A DNA stretch of 20,000 bases. It comes from an uncultured virus (IMG/VR IMGVR_UViG_3300050821_006652). Its lineage: Duplodnaviria; Heunggongvirae; Uroviricota; Caudoviricetes. Shown piece by piece: positions 9,237 through 17,080 of the stretch. Position 1 is the stretch's first letter, and every line of letters begins with the position of its first letter. A program made the translations under genes and the position numbers. The notes under the pieces were generated by a model. It was not told the DNA's origin. It made no database searches and saw only the letters and a program-made list of their open reading frames with translations. The stretch lies in IMG/VR virus record IMGVR_UViG_3300050821_006652. The stretch is one strand, 5' to 3'.

Positions 9237-9276
9237 TCTGCCGATGGTAGCGGAATGGGGAGGGGGTAATCAAACT
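9237..9276 (-). promoter_or_regulatory. Late promoter, copy 2: TTGATT-18-TACCAT-7-ATG (leaderless)
   Basis: AGTTTGATTACCCCC at 9262-9276, with the same spacing to the ATG as copy 1. Confidence 0.65.
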
Positions 9277-9938
9277 CAGGCCAGAGGAGGCCGCTCACGC
9301 CAGCCGGAAGGCGGTTCTGCTTCCGGTTCGGTCATTTCCACAATCTTCTTGCTGGCCACCAAGAGGGCGTGACGGATTTCCTTGTCCCTGGCAACACACT
9401 CAAAGCAAGTCTTTTCGCCGCAGGCGCAGACGTTGGCAGGCGCGACGGTTTCCATCGAACCATCCGGCCACACCGTTACGGCTGGACCGCCTTCCTTGGC
9501 CAATGACTTTTCGGGACGACTCGTCATGACTTTTGACCGTTCCATAGCCTTTTCCACCGCTCCACATTCGCAGGGACAAGTACAGGCATTGGAAGGGTCA
9601 ACCAAACCATTAAGGGTATCGAGAGCGGTATCGAGATTCTTGGCCTGTACACTAATCCGCCTTGCCGCCTGTTCCCACCAAGGCGGATCGATGCCCTTGA
9701 ACTCCACGCCGAGGGCCGCTTCGATTGCCCTGATTGCGTCTCGGTTTTTATCCGTCAACGCCCGCAACATTTGATAAGGCCCTGTCCCTGACCGTTGCAG
9801 CCATTGGGCGCGTTCTTCATCACGAAGCATTTCCCGCACCATCTCCAGCAGGCTCCCGGTGAAGCCAGCGGCGCGGAGAAGGCCAACAGCTTCATTGATT
9901 TCTTGTCCCATTGAATACGGAATAGGAATCGTCATCAC
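9276..9938 (-). CDS. Hypothetical protein with Cys clusters (CTCPCEC, CACGEKTCFEC)
   Basis: 220 aa, coupled to the TerL stop (GTGA). Confidence 0.6.
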   Translation of the reverse strand: MMTIPIPYSMGQEINEAVGLLRAAGFTGSLLEMVREMLRDEERAQWLQRSGTGPYQMLRALTDKNRDAIRAIEAALGVEFKGIDPPWWEQAARRISVQAKNLDTALDTLNGLVDPSNACTCPCECGAVEKAMERSKVMTSRPEKSLAKEGGPAVTVWPDGSMETVAPANVCACGEKTCFECVARDKEIRHALLVASKKIVEMTEPEAEPPSGWRERPPLA

Positions 9939-11599
9939 TTCCCTCCAAACACCCGCTGATAAAGGTTCGGCCTGCCAGCTTCTTCAAGAATGGGAGGCGC
10001 GACAAAATCCGTTCCTGAATAATACCCCAGGTTCATCGAGTCGGCGGAATCTGGGGAACGCCCACACTTCGCCTTGGTAATGTCCTTCGGCTCGCACACC
10101 CGCCGCCCCTGCACCACCTCATATTCTACCACCATCGCCTGAGATTTCAGCCGCCGCAATGACGATTTCGATAGCCGCGTCAGATCGAGCTGCCCCGACC
10201 GCGCCCGATCGCGCGTGTCAAACCACAGCTCGCTCCGCTTGTTCGGATAGTAACCCGCGCGCGCCGCCCGCCCAGCCGCATTGACGCCGACAACCGAATA
10301 CCCCCAGCTCCGCAGGATCGACACCACTCCCCCGCCCGTTCCGTCATCGTCCACCTTGATCCTGATTTGCGGCCCCTCTATCGGCTTCGCCTGCGGTTCC
10401 CGGTGCTTCGTGACCAGCGCCGCGTATTCGTCGGCCAGGGCCTTGAGGCGCTTCGCCGTGCGCACATGGTCCCACCCGTTATGCTCCTCGTGGTGCATCC
10501 CGCACGGACCCCAACGCACGAAGAAGGCCGTCCAATCAGCCCCATGATAGGCGATGTCCGCCCCGATCTCTGGAAGTATCTCAATGGGCAGCGGCAATCG
10601 CTTCGCAGTCACAGTCTCCCAGAGCGATTCGGACCAGACGCCTTGCGTCCCCATCGTCGGCCAAACACCCTGACATCGCGCCTGAAATACCGGGCCAGGC
10701 CGATGCCACTTCCCGCTCTTGGGAGGCCATTCCAAATCCTCTGGCGTTATCTCGTCTTGCTCCCGATCTATCGGTTCCGTCCACTCCTCCACCCACTGAT
10801 TCACCTGCTGCAACGTCACCGCCGCAGGTATCGGGGGAGGACGACCTGCCAGCTCCGCCGCGATATTCGGATGATCGAGAGCCGACAGGGTGTAGGTGTG
10901 CCAGGACGGAGTTTCCGCCATGCCGGAATCCGACTCCTGCGCGTACGCCTCAGAGGTAGTCTCAGTGGGGTTGCAGATCGCCAGCCACGCATGGCCAGCT
11001 TCGGGCTTGAACATCGAGGCGAACGTCTGCCAGAAGATCGGGGAAATGCCAACGGCCTCATCCATGACCAGCAGCATCCGCAGATCGTGCCGCCCTTGGA
11101 GCGATTCGCCCCGCCGAGCCGTGAAACCCTTGGCGTAGTGGTCAGGCCCCGTCCGCATTTCGGGAGCCGATGGCCCGACAAACACATCGGCCAGCCCCGC
11201 CCGCTGACGCTGCATCCGCACTTCTTTCCACAGCACGTCCCGCACGTCGCGCGCCGTCGGAGCGGTCGAGATAACCGCGCAAGGAGCTTGGCAGTCGAAG
11301 AACCAGTTAATCGCCACCGCTGCCAGGTGGGTCTTCCCGACCGAATGGCCCGACTTCGCCATCGTCCGGTAAGGGGGGATCGTCAGGCTTCGGAGTATGT
11401 CCTGTGCCGTTGGTGTGAGGTCCACCATTAAGACTTGGCGGGCATAGTCCACCGGGTCCGGGTATTTTCCCGTTAGTGGATACGCCGTTAACGTGGCCGT
11501 TCCCATTGACCAGCGACTCAGCTCGTGAGGCGTGAACGCCGACCGCAAGATTCGCTCTAAGTCGCTCAAGGGATTCGGGGGAGACGTTGAGCCGTGCAA
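9935..11599 (-). CDS. terL: Terminase large subunit
   Basis: Walker A GHSVGKT, Walker B LLVMDEA, coupling motif ICNP, RNase H-like nuclease IGADIA / VDDDGTGGG / SPDSADS; TTG start with GGAGG 6 nt upstream. Confidence 0.93.
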   Translation of the reverse strand: MHGSTSPPNPLSDLERILRSAFTPHELSRWSMGTATLTAYPLTGKYPDPVDYARQVLMVDLTPTAQDILRSLTIPPYRTMAKSGHSVGKTHLAAVAINWFFDCQAPCAVISTAPTARDVRDVLWKEVRMQRQRAGLADVFVGPSAPEMRTGPDHYAKGFTARRGESLQGRHDLRMLLVMDEAVGISPIFWQTFASMFKPEAGHAWLAICNPTETTSEAYAQESDSGMAETPSWHTYTLSALDHPNIAAELAGRPPPIPAAVTLQQVNQWVEEWTEPIDREQDEITPEDLEWPPKSGKWHRPGPVFQARCQGVWPTMGTQGVWSESLWETVTAKRLPLPIEILPEIGADIAYHGADWTAFFVRWGPCGMHHEEHNGWDHVRTAKRLKALADEYAALVTKHREPQAKPIEGPQIRIKVDDDGTGGGVVSILRSWGYSVVGVNAAGRAARAGYYPNKRSELWFDTRDRARSGQLDLTRLSKSSLRRLKSQAMVVEYEVVQGRRVCEPKDITKAKCGRSPDSADSMNLGYYSGTDFVAPPILEEAGRPNLYQRVFGGK

Positions 11600-12038
11600 G
11601 GAACTCCTCCACCGGATTTCGCTCCGACTTCACCGGGTACAGCCCGATCAGTTTCGCCTCATCCTCCAGGATGTCGAGGCACGTCCCCCACTCCCCATCA
11701 GCGAAGGCCGCAGCGTATAGGTCCCGTCGCCGGGCTAAGTGCTGCCAGAACTGCCCGGCCCGATCCTCTTGCTCTATGAGCTGTGAGCGGAGACGGTCCA
11801 CATAGACGCACATCTCCTTCAGCTCTTTTTCGGTCAGCGGCAGTTCGTTCCGCTCTCCGCACGTCCAGGGGCGGGGAGGCACGTCGTCCGGGCCCTCACC
11901 GCTGGCCCAAGCGATGATCTTGAGTTTAGGCCAGCCCTCCGCTTGGAGCATCAGGATTTTGTCGAGGTAGAGCTTCTGCTTGGCGCGGGGCATCCGCCGC
12001 CGGTTGCGGAACTTCGGGAGGGCAGGCAGAGCGTCCAT
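11307..12038 (-). CDS. terS: Probable terminase small subunit
   Basis: Directly upstream of TerL; helical protein whose core ends in EAKLIGL; GAGG upstream. Confidence 0.65.
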   Translation of the reverse strand: MDALPALPKFRNRRRMPRAKQKLYLDKILMLQAEGWPKLKIIAWASGEGPDDVPPRPWTCGERNELPLTEKELKEMCVYVDRLRSQLIEQEDRAGQFWQHLARRRDLYAAAFADGEWGTCLDILEDEAKLIGLYPVKSERNPVEEFLARLNVSPESLERLRANLAVGVHASRAESLVNGNGHVNGVSTNGKIPGPGGLCPPSLNGGPHTNGTGHTPKPDDPPLPDDGEVGPFGREDPPGSGGD

Positions 12039-12042
12039 AGGC

Positions 12043-12240
12043 CTACCTCCGCTCTTTCAGGATGCGCCCCTCTTCCGCCAACACCGCCCTCACCCGCGGA
12101 AGGTCGCGCTCTTCGATCAGCCTGTCATGGCCGGGTTGCTGGTATTGGATCAGACCGCTCCGACACAGCCGGTCGATATGCCAGTACTCAACGCCGAGAT
12201 CCGCGAACCGGGACACCACTTGCGGGATTGTTAGCAACAT
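12043..12240 (-). CDS. Small MerR/excisionase-like HTH protein
   Basis: MLLTIPQVVSRF...WHIDRLCRSGLI....PGHDRLI.E.DL. Confidence 0.65.
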   Translation of the reverse strand: MLLTIPQVVSRFADLGVEYWHIDRLCRSGLIQYQQPGHDRLIEERDLPRVRAVLAEEGRILKERR

Positions 12241-12313
12241 AGACAGTAATTTACATTATTGAACCGCCCCAATGCAAGTTGCGGGACGTGGCAGGCCAAG
12301 TAAAATCGCAGGT
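12241..12313. promoter_or_regulatory. Back-to-back divergent promoters
   Basis: Minus: TTGCAT-18-TAAATT-7-ATG(12240). Plus: TTGCGG(12279)-16-TAAAAT(12301)-7-ATG(12314). Confidence 0.55.
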
Positions 12314-13312
12314 ATGCGAGAAGAAAATTGGTTCGACTATGCGACGTTCACGGCCCAGAGCGGGCCGCGTGCAGCCGGTGACGACCGCGTCCCGAACATA
12401 CGGGACGACGACGAGCCGCCCAGCGGCCGAGCCAGACGCCCAGGCTTGCCAGCCGAGCGACTTCCCCCGGCCACACCCTATGAGCCATCGGCCTACGCCA
12501 AGATCGAGGCCCCCCCACTCCGCGCCGCCGTGCTCGCGTGGTTCCGCACCTTGACCGAGGCCCAGATAATCGACTGGATCAAACGGCAGCCCCGCCGCCG
12601 CCTCCTGATCGTGGAGCAGTGGTTCGGCTTCGGCGATTGTAGCTGCCCCGTCATGCTCGCCCCCTGCCAGCGCCACCCCGACGGCTGCCACTGCCCGATA
12701 CTCGACCTAGACCACGGGATTATCAGAGCTTTGCCCTGCCTCAATCACGCCCGCGATCCTGGGGACTGCCTGCCCAGAGCAGCCCAACTCGCCCTGTTGC
12801 AGGCCATCTACCCAACCCCAGGCCGCAGAGCCAAGGGCAGAGCTTGGGACAGCCAATACGCCGATCCCCCACCGCCCAAGCCCACAGCGGCCACCGACCG
12901 CCACACGCGAGCCGTCGACGTGCTGCCGGCCCGCCATGCCAGAGGCCGGCACCTCTACACGGCAGGCGACCGAGAGCTTGCTGATCACCTGGCCTTAGCT
13001 GGGCCCAAGCTCAGATGCGGACACGTCGGCGCGACGACCACGATACCGGCCAAAGCCGATTTGCTCACCTGCCACTATTGCCGCAGCACAGCCAGCGCAA
13101 GCCCATCACAGGCCCACACTTGGGAAAACCAGCACGGTCAAGGCAGCACATCGAGCGTAGATCGAGAGACGAGGCTTAGGATCGAGGAGGAGGAAGAGAT
13201 AGAGACGGCCTGTTATTGCGCGGCCTGTCAAGCCGCAAACATAAACGGCCACTGGATTTGCCACGCCTGCGCCGTCACGCTTGCGGGTTGCACTCGGAGC
13301 ATAGTCGCATGA
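12314..13312 (+). CDS. Hypothetical Cys-rich (possible zinc-binding) protein
   Basis: ORF with CSCP..C..H..CHC, CHYC, CYCAAC, CHAC; promoter directly in front of ATG 12314. Confidence 0.5.
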   Translation: MREENWFDYATFTAQSGPRAAGDDRVPNIRDDDEPPSGRARRPGLPAERLPPATPYEPSAYAKIEAPPLRAAVLAWFRTLTEAQIIDWIKRQPRRRLLIVEQWFGFGDCSCPVMLAPCQRHPDGCHCPILDLDHGIIRALPCLNHARDPGDCLPRAAQLALLQAIYPTPGRRAKGRAWDSQYADPPPPKPTAATDRHTRAVDVLPARHARGRHLYTAGDRELADHLALAGPKLRCGHVGATTTIPAKADLLTCHYCRSTASASPSQAHTWENQHGQGSTSSVDRETRLRIEEEEEIETACYCAACQAANINGHWICHACAVTLAGCTRSIVA

Positions 13313-13589
13313 CCGAGCGATTGCCGACGCGGTCACACCGCTTGCAGAGTGGCTTGCCGGCGGCATCGTCCACGCCCAAGACCGCCGAGGCCGATCCGGT
13401 TGGAGATGGCTTGACCGACGGCGCAGGAACGGCAGACCGAGGCGAAGGTTCAGCGGTCACCGACGGCTGGCCATCGAGCAAGGACCGGATGAGGCCCGCG
13501 AGCGTTACCCCAGCCGCCGACGCCCTCGCCGTCCATCGGTCCATCTCATCTTGGGTAGCCCGCAGATTGTATAGACGATTTTTGGCCAT
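13275..13589 (-). CDS. Ribbon-helix-helix regulator with C-terminal CxxC..CxxC
   Basis: MAKNRLYNLRATQDEMDRWTARASAAGVTLAGLIRSLLD is RHH/MobC-like; CKRC and CSEC at the end. Confidence 0.7.
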   Translation of the reverse strand: MAKNRLYNLRATQDEMDRWTARASAAGVTLAGLIRSLLDGQPSVTAEPSPRSAVPAPSVKPSPTGSASAVLGVDDAAGKPLCKRCDRVGNRSVMRLCSECNPQA

Positions 13590-13607
13590 GCCGAGAATTG
13601 TATAGAC
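13566..13607. repeat. Direct repeat ATTGTATAGAC x2 (13566-13576, 13597-13607), probable RHH operator containing the -10 TACAAT
   Basis: Exact 11-mers flanking the RHH start codon. Confidence 0.6.
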
Positions 13608-13757
13608 AGAGGACAGCATGACCACCCCATCCCAGATCGAGGCAGCCATGGACGCCCACATAGCAGCCCAGCGCCAAAAGCCCAAGCGCAGGCCAATGAA
13701 GCGGAAGCCAAGGCGAAAGCCATTGACCACGGCACGGTAATAGCTATGCTATTACCC

Positions 13758-13943
13758 ATGACCAGACGCACCCGTTCCCAACTGCCACCCGTCCGCTGCC
13801 AGCCCGAGCTATTGGCCGAGGCCATCAGCACCGTTGGTAAGTCCAATCTACACCAGCTTATCCGTACAGCCGTTGCCAAGGCCATCGGCAAGCCAGAGCT
13901 GGCAGCACCCCGGCCAGTAGGACACCCTACCACCCCAAAATGA
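13758..13943 (+). CDS. Small RHH-like DNA-binding protein
   Basis: LPPVRC.PELL....NLHQLIRTAVAKAI; preceded by TTGACC-16-TATGCT-7-ATG. Confidence 0.55.
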   Translation: MTRRTRSQLPPVRCQPELLAEAISTVGKSNLHQLIRTAVAKAIGKPELAAPRPVGHPTTPK

Positions 13944-13952
13944 CTGTATCAT

Positions 13953-14081
13953 ATCGCATAGCGTTTAGGTACAATATGTACGAAAACGCATAGCGATTAA
14001 ATCGTATAACAGTTTACTACCTTTTACATAAGACCATATACGATAACGAGTTATGGATATTCGCTCTAATCGCTATGCGAT
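13953..14081. repeat. Three copies of quasi-palindrome ATCGCATAGCGATTA (13953-13967, 13985-13999, inverted 14067-14081) in an AT-rich intergenic region
   Basis: Read directly; the first two copies each differ from consensus by one base. Confidence 0.7.
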
Positions 14082-14124
14082 TGGCATGGTCATTGCATTG
14101 TTATACTGACGATGACGACGACCG

Positions 14125-14154
14125 TTGATTTTTGTCCCGAAAACGGGTATAATA
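14125..14154 (+). promoter_or_regulatory. Sigma70-type promoter TTGATT-17-TATAAT with a palindromic operator in the spacer
   Basis: Perfect -10; spacer contains CCCG-AAAA-CGGG; ATG 6 nt after the -10. Confidence 0.8.
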
Positions 14155-14159
14155 CCAGC

Positions 14160-14354
14160 ATGAAAAAACAGGACCTACTCACCGTTGCCGAGGCCGCCGC
14201 CTTGCTAGACCTGGACCCGTCGATGATCCGCCGCTATATCCGACGCGGACTAATCCCGATTATCGACTACGGACCCCACGCAAGATTGATCGAGCCGGCG
14301 GCCCTGAAAAAACTCAAAAGAAATCCAGTAGGACAGCCGCGCAAACAAAACTAA
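14160..14354 (+). CDS. HTH_17/excisionase-like DNA-binding protein
   Basis: MKKQDLLTVAEAAALLDLDPSMIRRYIRRGLIP...RLI. Confidence 0.85.
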   Translation: MKKQDLLTVAEAAALLDLDPSMIRRYIRRGLIPIIDYGPHARLIEPAALKKLKRNPVGQPRKQN

Positions 14355-14432
14355 ATGTCCTACTTGCGGGACAATAAAAACACGTGCCGTATACCGTTGC
14401 ATAATAAGGATTTAGGGAAGCGATAATTTTAC

Positions 14433-14462
14433 TTGCTTATTGTCCCGAAAACGGGTATAATA
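14433..14462 (+). promoter_or_regulatory. Sigma70-type promoter TTGCTT-17-TATAAT with the same operator
   Basis: 23-nt exact repeat TTGTCCCGAAAACGGGTATAATA at 14132-14154 and 14440-14462. Confidence 0.8.
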
Positions 14463-14502
14463 ATGGTGTAAGGCAAAACGAAACACTAACGGAGAAACGA
14501 CG

Positions 14503-14937
14503 ATGAACGCGACCAAGACAGCCCGCCAGCAAGCCGCCGACAAAATCCAGGGCACAATCCACGGAGATTACGTCGAGTATTACGACGACAACATGAGGGT
14601 GATGTACCGCAACCCGGTCGAGGATTTGGATTATCTTGCCGAGCTGATGGACAGTGACGACGAGGCGATCCGCGCCGACGCCTACAGCCATTGGTGCGCC
14701 GGCACTGAAAGCGAAGAGCTGGCCAAATACAGCGTACAGACCGATGGTTTTTTGTGCGACGATTTTTGGGCGGCGAACCTGGACGAAGCCATCGAGTACG
14801 CATTTACCGGCGAGGGCCTCGGCAAGATCGTTGACGAGGCCAGCCTGCACGCCAAATTCGCAAAGTACGTTGCGGACGGAGGATGGTGCGTGATCGAAAG
14901 GGACGGCGAGGAAATCCTGAAAATTGGCAGCAACTAA
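14503..14937 (+). CDS. Acidic hypothetical early protein
   Basis: GGAG SD; about 31 D/E versus 12 K/R in 144 aa by hand count. Confidence 0.75.
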   Translation: MNATKTARQQAADKIQGTIHGDYVEYYDDNMRVMYRNPVEDLDYLAELMDSDDEAIRADAYSHWCAGTESEELAKYSVQTDGFLCDDFWAANLDEAIEYAFTGEGLGKIVDEASLHAKFAKYVADGGWCVIERDGEEILKIGSN

Positions 14938-14948
14938 ACGGAGCGACC

Positions 14949-15173
14949 ATGCCCTACGACCACCTGACCTGCACTCACCAGATCGCCGCCGGCAAAACCG
15001 GGCTTTGCCCAGGATGCCAGGAAGAATACGAAACCGATCCGTCCGCGTGGTATGAGTACGGACACCACCCGCGCGGTGAAGAAAACTGGCGGAAGACGCA
15101 AGAGGAAATCGCGGAGTTCGCGGCCATGATGCCCACGACGCCGATTGAACCTGATCCAGAGATGCCTTTTTAG
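14949..15173 (+). CDS. Small acidic hypothetical protein (CTH...CPGC)
   Basis: GGAG SD before ATG 14949. Confidence 0.65.
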   Translation: MPYDHLTCTHQIAAGKTGLCPGCQEEYETDPSAWYEYGHHPRGEENWRKTQEEIAEFAAMMPTTPIEPDPEMPF

Positions 15174-15334
15174 GAGCCTGACCATGAGCCAGTTAGCCGA
15201 ACAAATCACGAAAGCCCAGCAGACCGCCAGCATGGTATCCGACGACCTCCGACAGGCCCAGAAAGCCCACAGCAGCCTTGCCACGCCCCCAGAGGGCCGC
15301 CTGGCAACTCTAACCGCCCACGGAGCAACGACCC

Positions 15335-15607
15335 ATGAACCGCTACACGACCACCTACGCCGCCGCAGCCCACGCCTACGACAACGCCGAGCCGCCCGAC
15401 CTTGGCGACGTGACCGAAGAAGAGGCCCAGGCCGAGGAACGCCGCCTCAAGCGGATGCGCCGCACGGCCCGGCGAGGCCCGCCGACATGGACCACCGGCG
15501 ACGCGGACCTCGATGCGAGGTTGCGGGCGCGGTGGGAGAAGATTTACCACCCGTACACCGACGCCGGACAAGCGGAATTGCAAGCACGACTGGACCGCCA
15601 ACGCTAA
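15335..15607 (+). CDS. Small hypothetical protein
   Basis: GGAG upstream; AYDNAEPPD motif typical of small phage proteins. Confidence 0.6.
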   Translation: MNRYTTTYAAAAHAYDNAEPPDLGDVTEEEAQAEERRLKRMRRTARRGPPTWTTGDADLDARLRARWEKIYHPYTDAGQAELQARLDRQR

Positions 15608-15753
15608 GCGAGAATGGAGTTCGGGTTGGGCCGGGATGATTTTCGCCGGTTCCATTCGCTCTTCCGTGGCCGGGATGATCTCTTCCCCGACCTGGAGGTG
15701 CCGCCCGCTTCCGGGGAATAGAACCAGCGGGCACCACATACGAAAGGAATCCG

Positions 15754-16197
15754 ATGACAACGCCATGCAACGTGCCGAAAGGCCCATGCTCGACCTGCCC
15801 GTATGCCAAGGCCACTCCGAGCCAAGCGGCGAATGAGGAATACGACAAATTGCCGGAATACGACCGGGAGACATGGGCGCAGCCGTCCTCTCTATTCCTC
15901 TGTCACCACTCGCCAACGCTGCCTAGCGACACGGTTTGTTTCGGCTGGCTGGTTGTCCACGGCGATGAAGCCCTAGGGCTGCGGCTGGCAATGGCCACTG
16001 GAAGCATTGATGGCAAAGCCGCTGCCGAGGCCCACAATGGCGCGGACCGAAGCCAGTTTTACAAATCGGGCACGGAAGCCGCCAAGAGTGGTATGGAGGC
16101 CATTGAAATCCCGTCAGCCGATGCCATTCAAGCCGTGCGGACACTGGCCAAGCGGCGAATGAGGAAGGCCATGAAACGAAAGGCGCGTGCAAGATGA
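15754..16197 (+). CDS. DUF6283-like Cys-rich protein
   Basis: PCSTCPY...YDKLPEYD...FLCHH...CFGWL...LGLRLA; AAGGA SD. Confidence 0.7.
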   Translation: MTTPCNVPKGPCSTCPYAKATPSQAANEEYDKLPEYDRETWAQPSSLFLCHHSPTLPSDTVCFGWLVVHGDEALGLRLAMATGSIDGKAAAEAHNGADRSQFYKSGTEAAKSGMEAIEIPSADAIQAVRTLAKRRMRKAMKRKARAR

Positions 16198-16757
16198 CCG
16201 ACGACCTCGAAGCCATGCGCGCCGAAGCGGACGCCGAACTAGCCGCCGCCAACCCGTCGCCACTCGCCCGCACGAATGACGATGCGTTCCTGGAAAGATA
16301 CGTCCGCACGATGGGCCGGTATGCCGACGAGAAGGCCCGCGTCAGTGCCGGTTGCGATTCGATAATTGCGGACATCACACGGAAGGAATACATCGTCCGC
16401 GTGTGCATGGAACAGAGGGCGATGGAAATTGTCCGAATGAGATTGACCGGCAAGAAGCGCAGCGTCAAGACGCCGTGGGGATCGGTGGGGTTCACGAAGA
16501 TACTTGCCCGCGTTGAAGTGGCTGATGCCGCTGAGCTGCCCGACGAATACCTGCGCCGCGTCCCCGATCTGTCCGCACTAGTGGCCCTCTATCGCAAGAC
16601 CGGGGAGATCGCCAGCGGTTGCCGGGAAGTCGAAGGCGGCGAGAAGTTCGGACTCAAGGCCCAGCGGCAACCAAAATCCACCGCTGACGCCGCAAGAAAT
16701 GTTGACGAAGACTACCCCGAAAGCGAAGATACCGAAGAGGAAGAACGTTTCCGTTGA
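16194..16757 (+). CDS. Gam/Siphovirus Gp157-like host-nuclease inhibitor
   Basis: Helical N-terminus followed by KKRSVKTPWGSVGF.K...VEV.D...LPDEYLR..PD..AL. Confidence 0.65.
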   Translation: MTDDLEAMRAEADAELAAANPSPLARTNDDAFLERYVRTMGRYADEKARVSAGCDSIIADITRKEYIVRVCMEQRAMEIVRMRLTGKKRSVKTPWGSVGFTKILARVEVADAAELPDEYLRRVPDLSALVALYRKTGEIASGCREVEGGEKFGLKAQRQPKSTADAARNVDEDYPESEDTEEEERFR

Positions 16758-16782
16758 CCACAGTAATCCGTATGATGCACTT

Positions 16783-16974
16783 ATGCTTCCTCACCAAATA
16801 AAAAAACTTCGGATCGCCATGAAGATGACCCAAGGTGAATTCGCTGCGCGTCTCGGCCTGAAAACCAAGGGCGCTATTGCCCATTGGGAATCAGGCAGAA
16901 AAGACCCGCCAGGAACAGCACTCGTCTTGCTAAACCTTCTGGCCGCTGAATTTCTCAAGAAACGAGCATCGTGA
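16783..16974 (+). CDS. XRE-family HTH regulator
   Basis: IKKLRIAMKMTQGEFAARLG...AIAHWESGRKDP; TATGAT 6 nt before the ATG. Confidence 0.88.
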   Translation: MLPHQIKKLRIAMKMTQGEFAARLGLKTKGAIAHWESGRKDPPGTALVLLNLLAAEFLKKRAS

Positions 16975-17021
16975 CCACCCAAACTACTTTCGATAAAAGC
17001 TACTAAATTTTGTTTTTATGG

Positions 17022-17050
17022 TTGACTATGGTAAACAGTATGCTTATAGT
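17022..17050 (+). promoter_or_regulatory. Sigma70-type promoter TTGACT-17-TATAGT
   Basis: Near-consensus hexamers in AT-rich intergenic DNA. Confidence 0.75.
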
Positions 17051-17080
17051 ATTGAGATGTGGAAAGGCACGCCCTGTTTT

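Noticed and set aside
271..11431. Long plus-strand ORFs (e.g. 271-1065, 1482-2384, 3677-4822, 6184-7113, 10367-11431)
   Set aside because: Antisense shadows of recognisable minus-strand genes in GC-rich DNA.
11465..11471. GGGAAAA slippery heptamer (minus strand) in the TerS/TerL overlap
   Set aside because: It is in the wrong phase for a -1 shift from TerS into TerL (a +1 shift would be needed), and TerL has its own SD and start.
13630..13722. GGC-rich minus-strand stretch as a second GGY-NN tract
   Set aside because: No consistent 5-nt register.
13730..13745. Second sigma54-like box CGGCACGGTAATAGCT
   Set aside because: Deviates from consensus and lies within a sigma70-type promoter that already explains the site.
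14132..14462. 23-nt repeat as a CRISPR repeat or att site
   Set aside because: Only two copies 308 nt apart, each forming a promoter spacer and -10; no integrase in the window.
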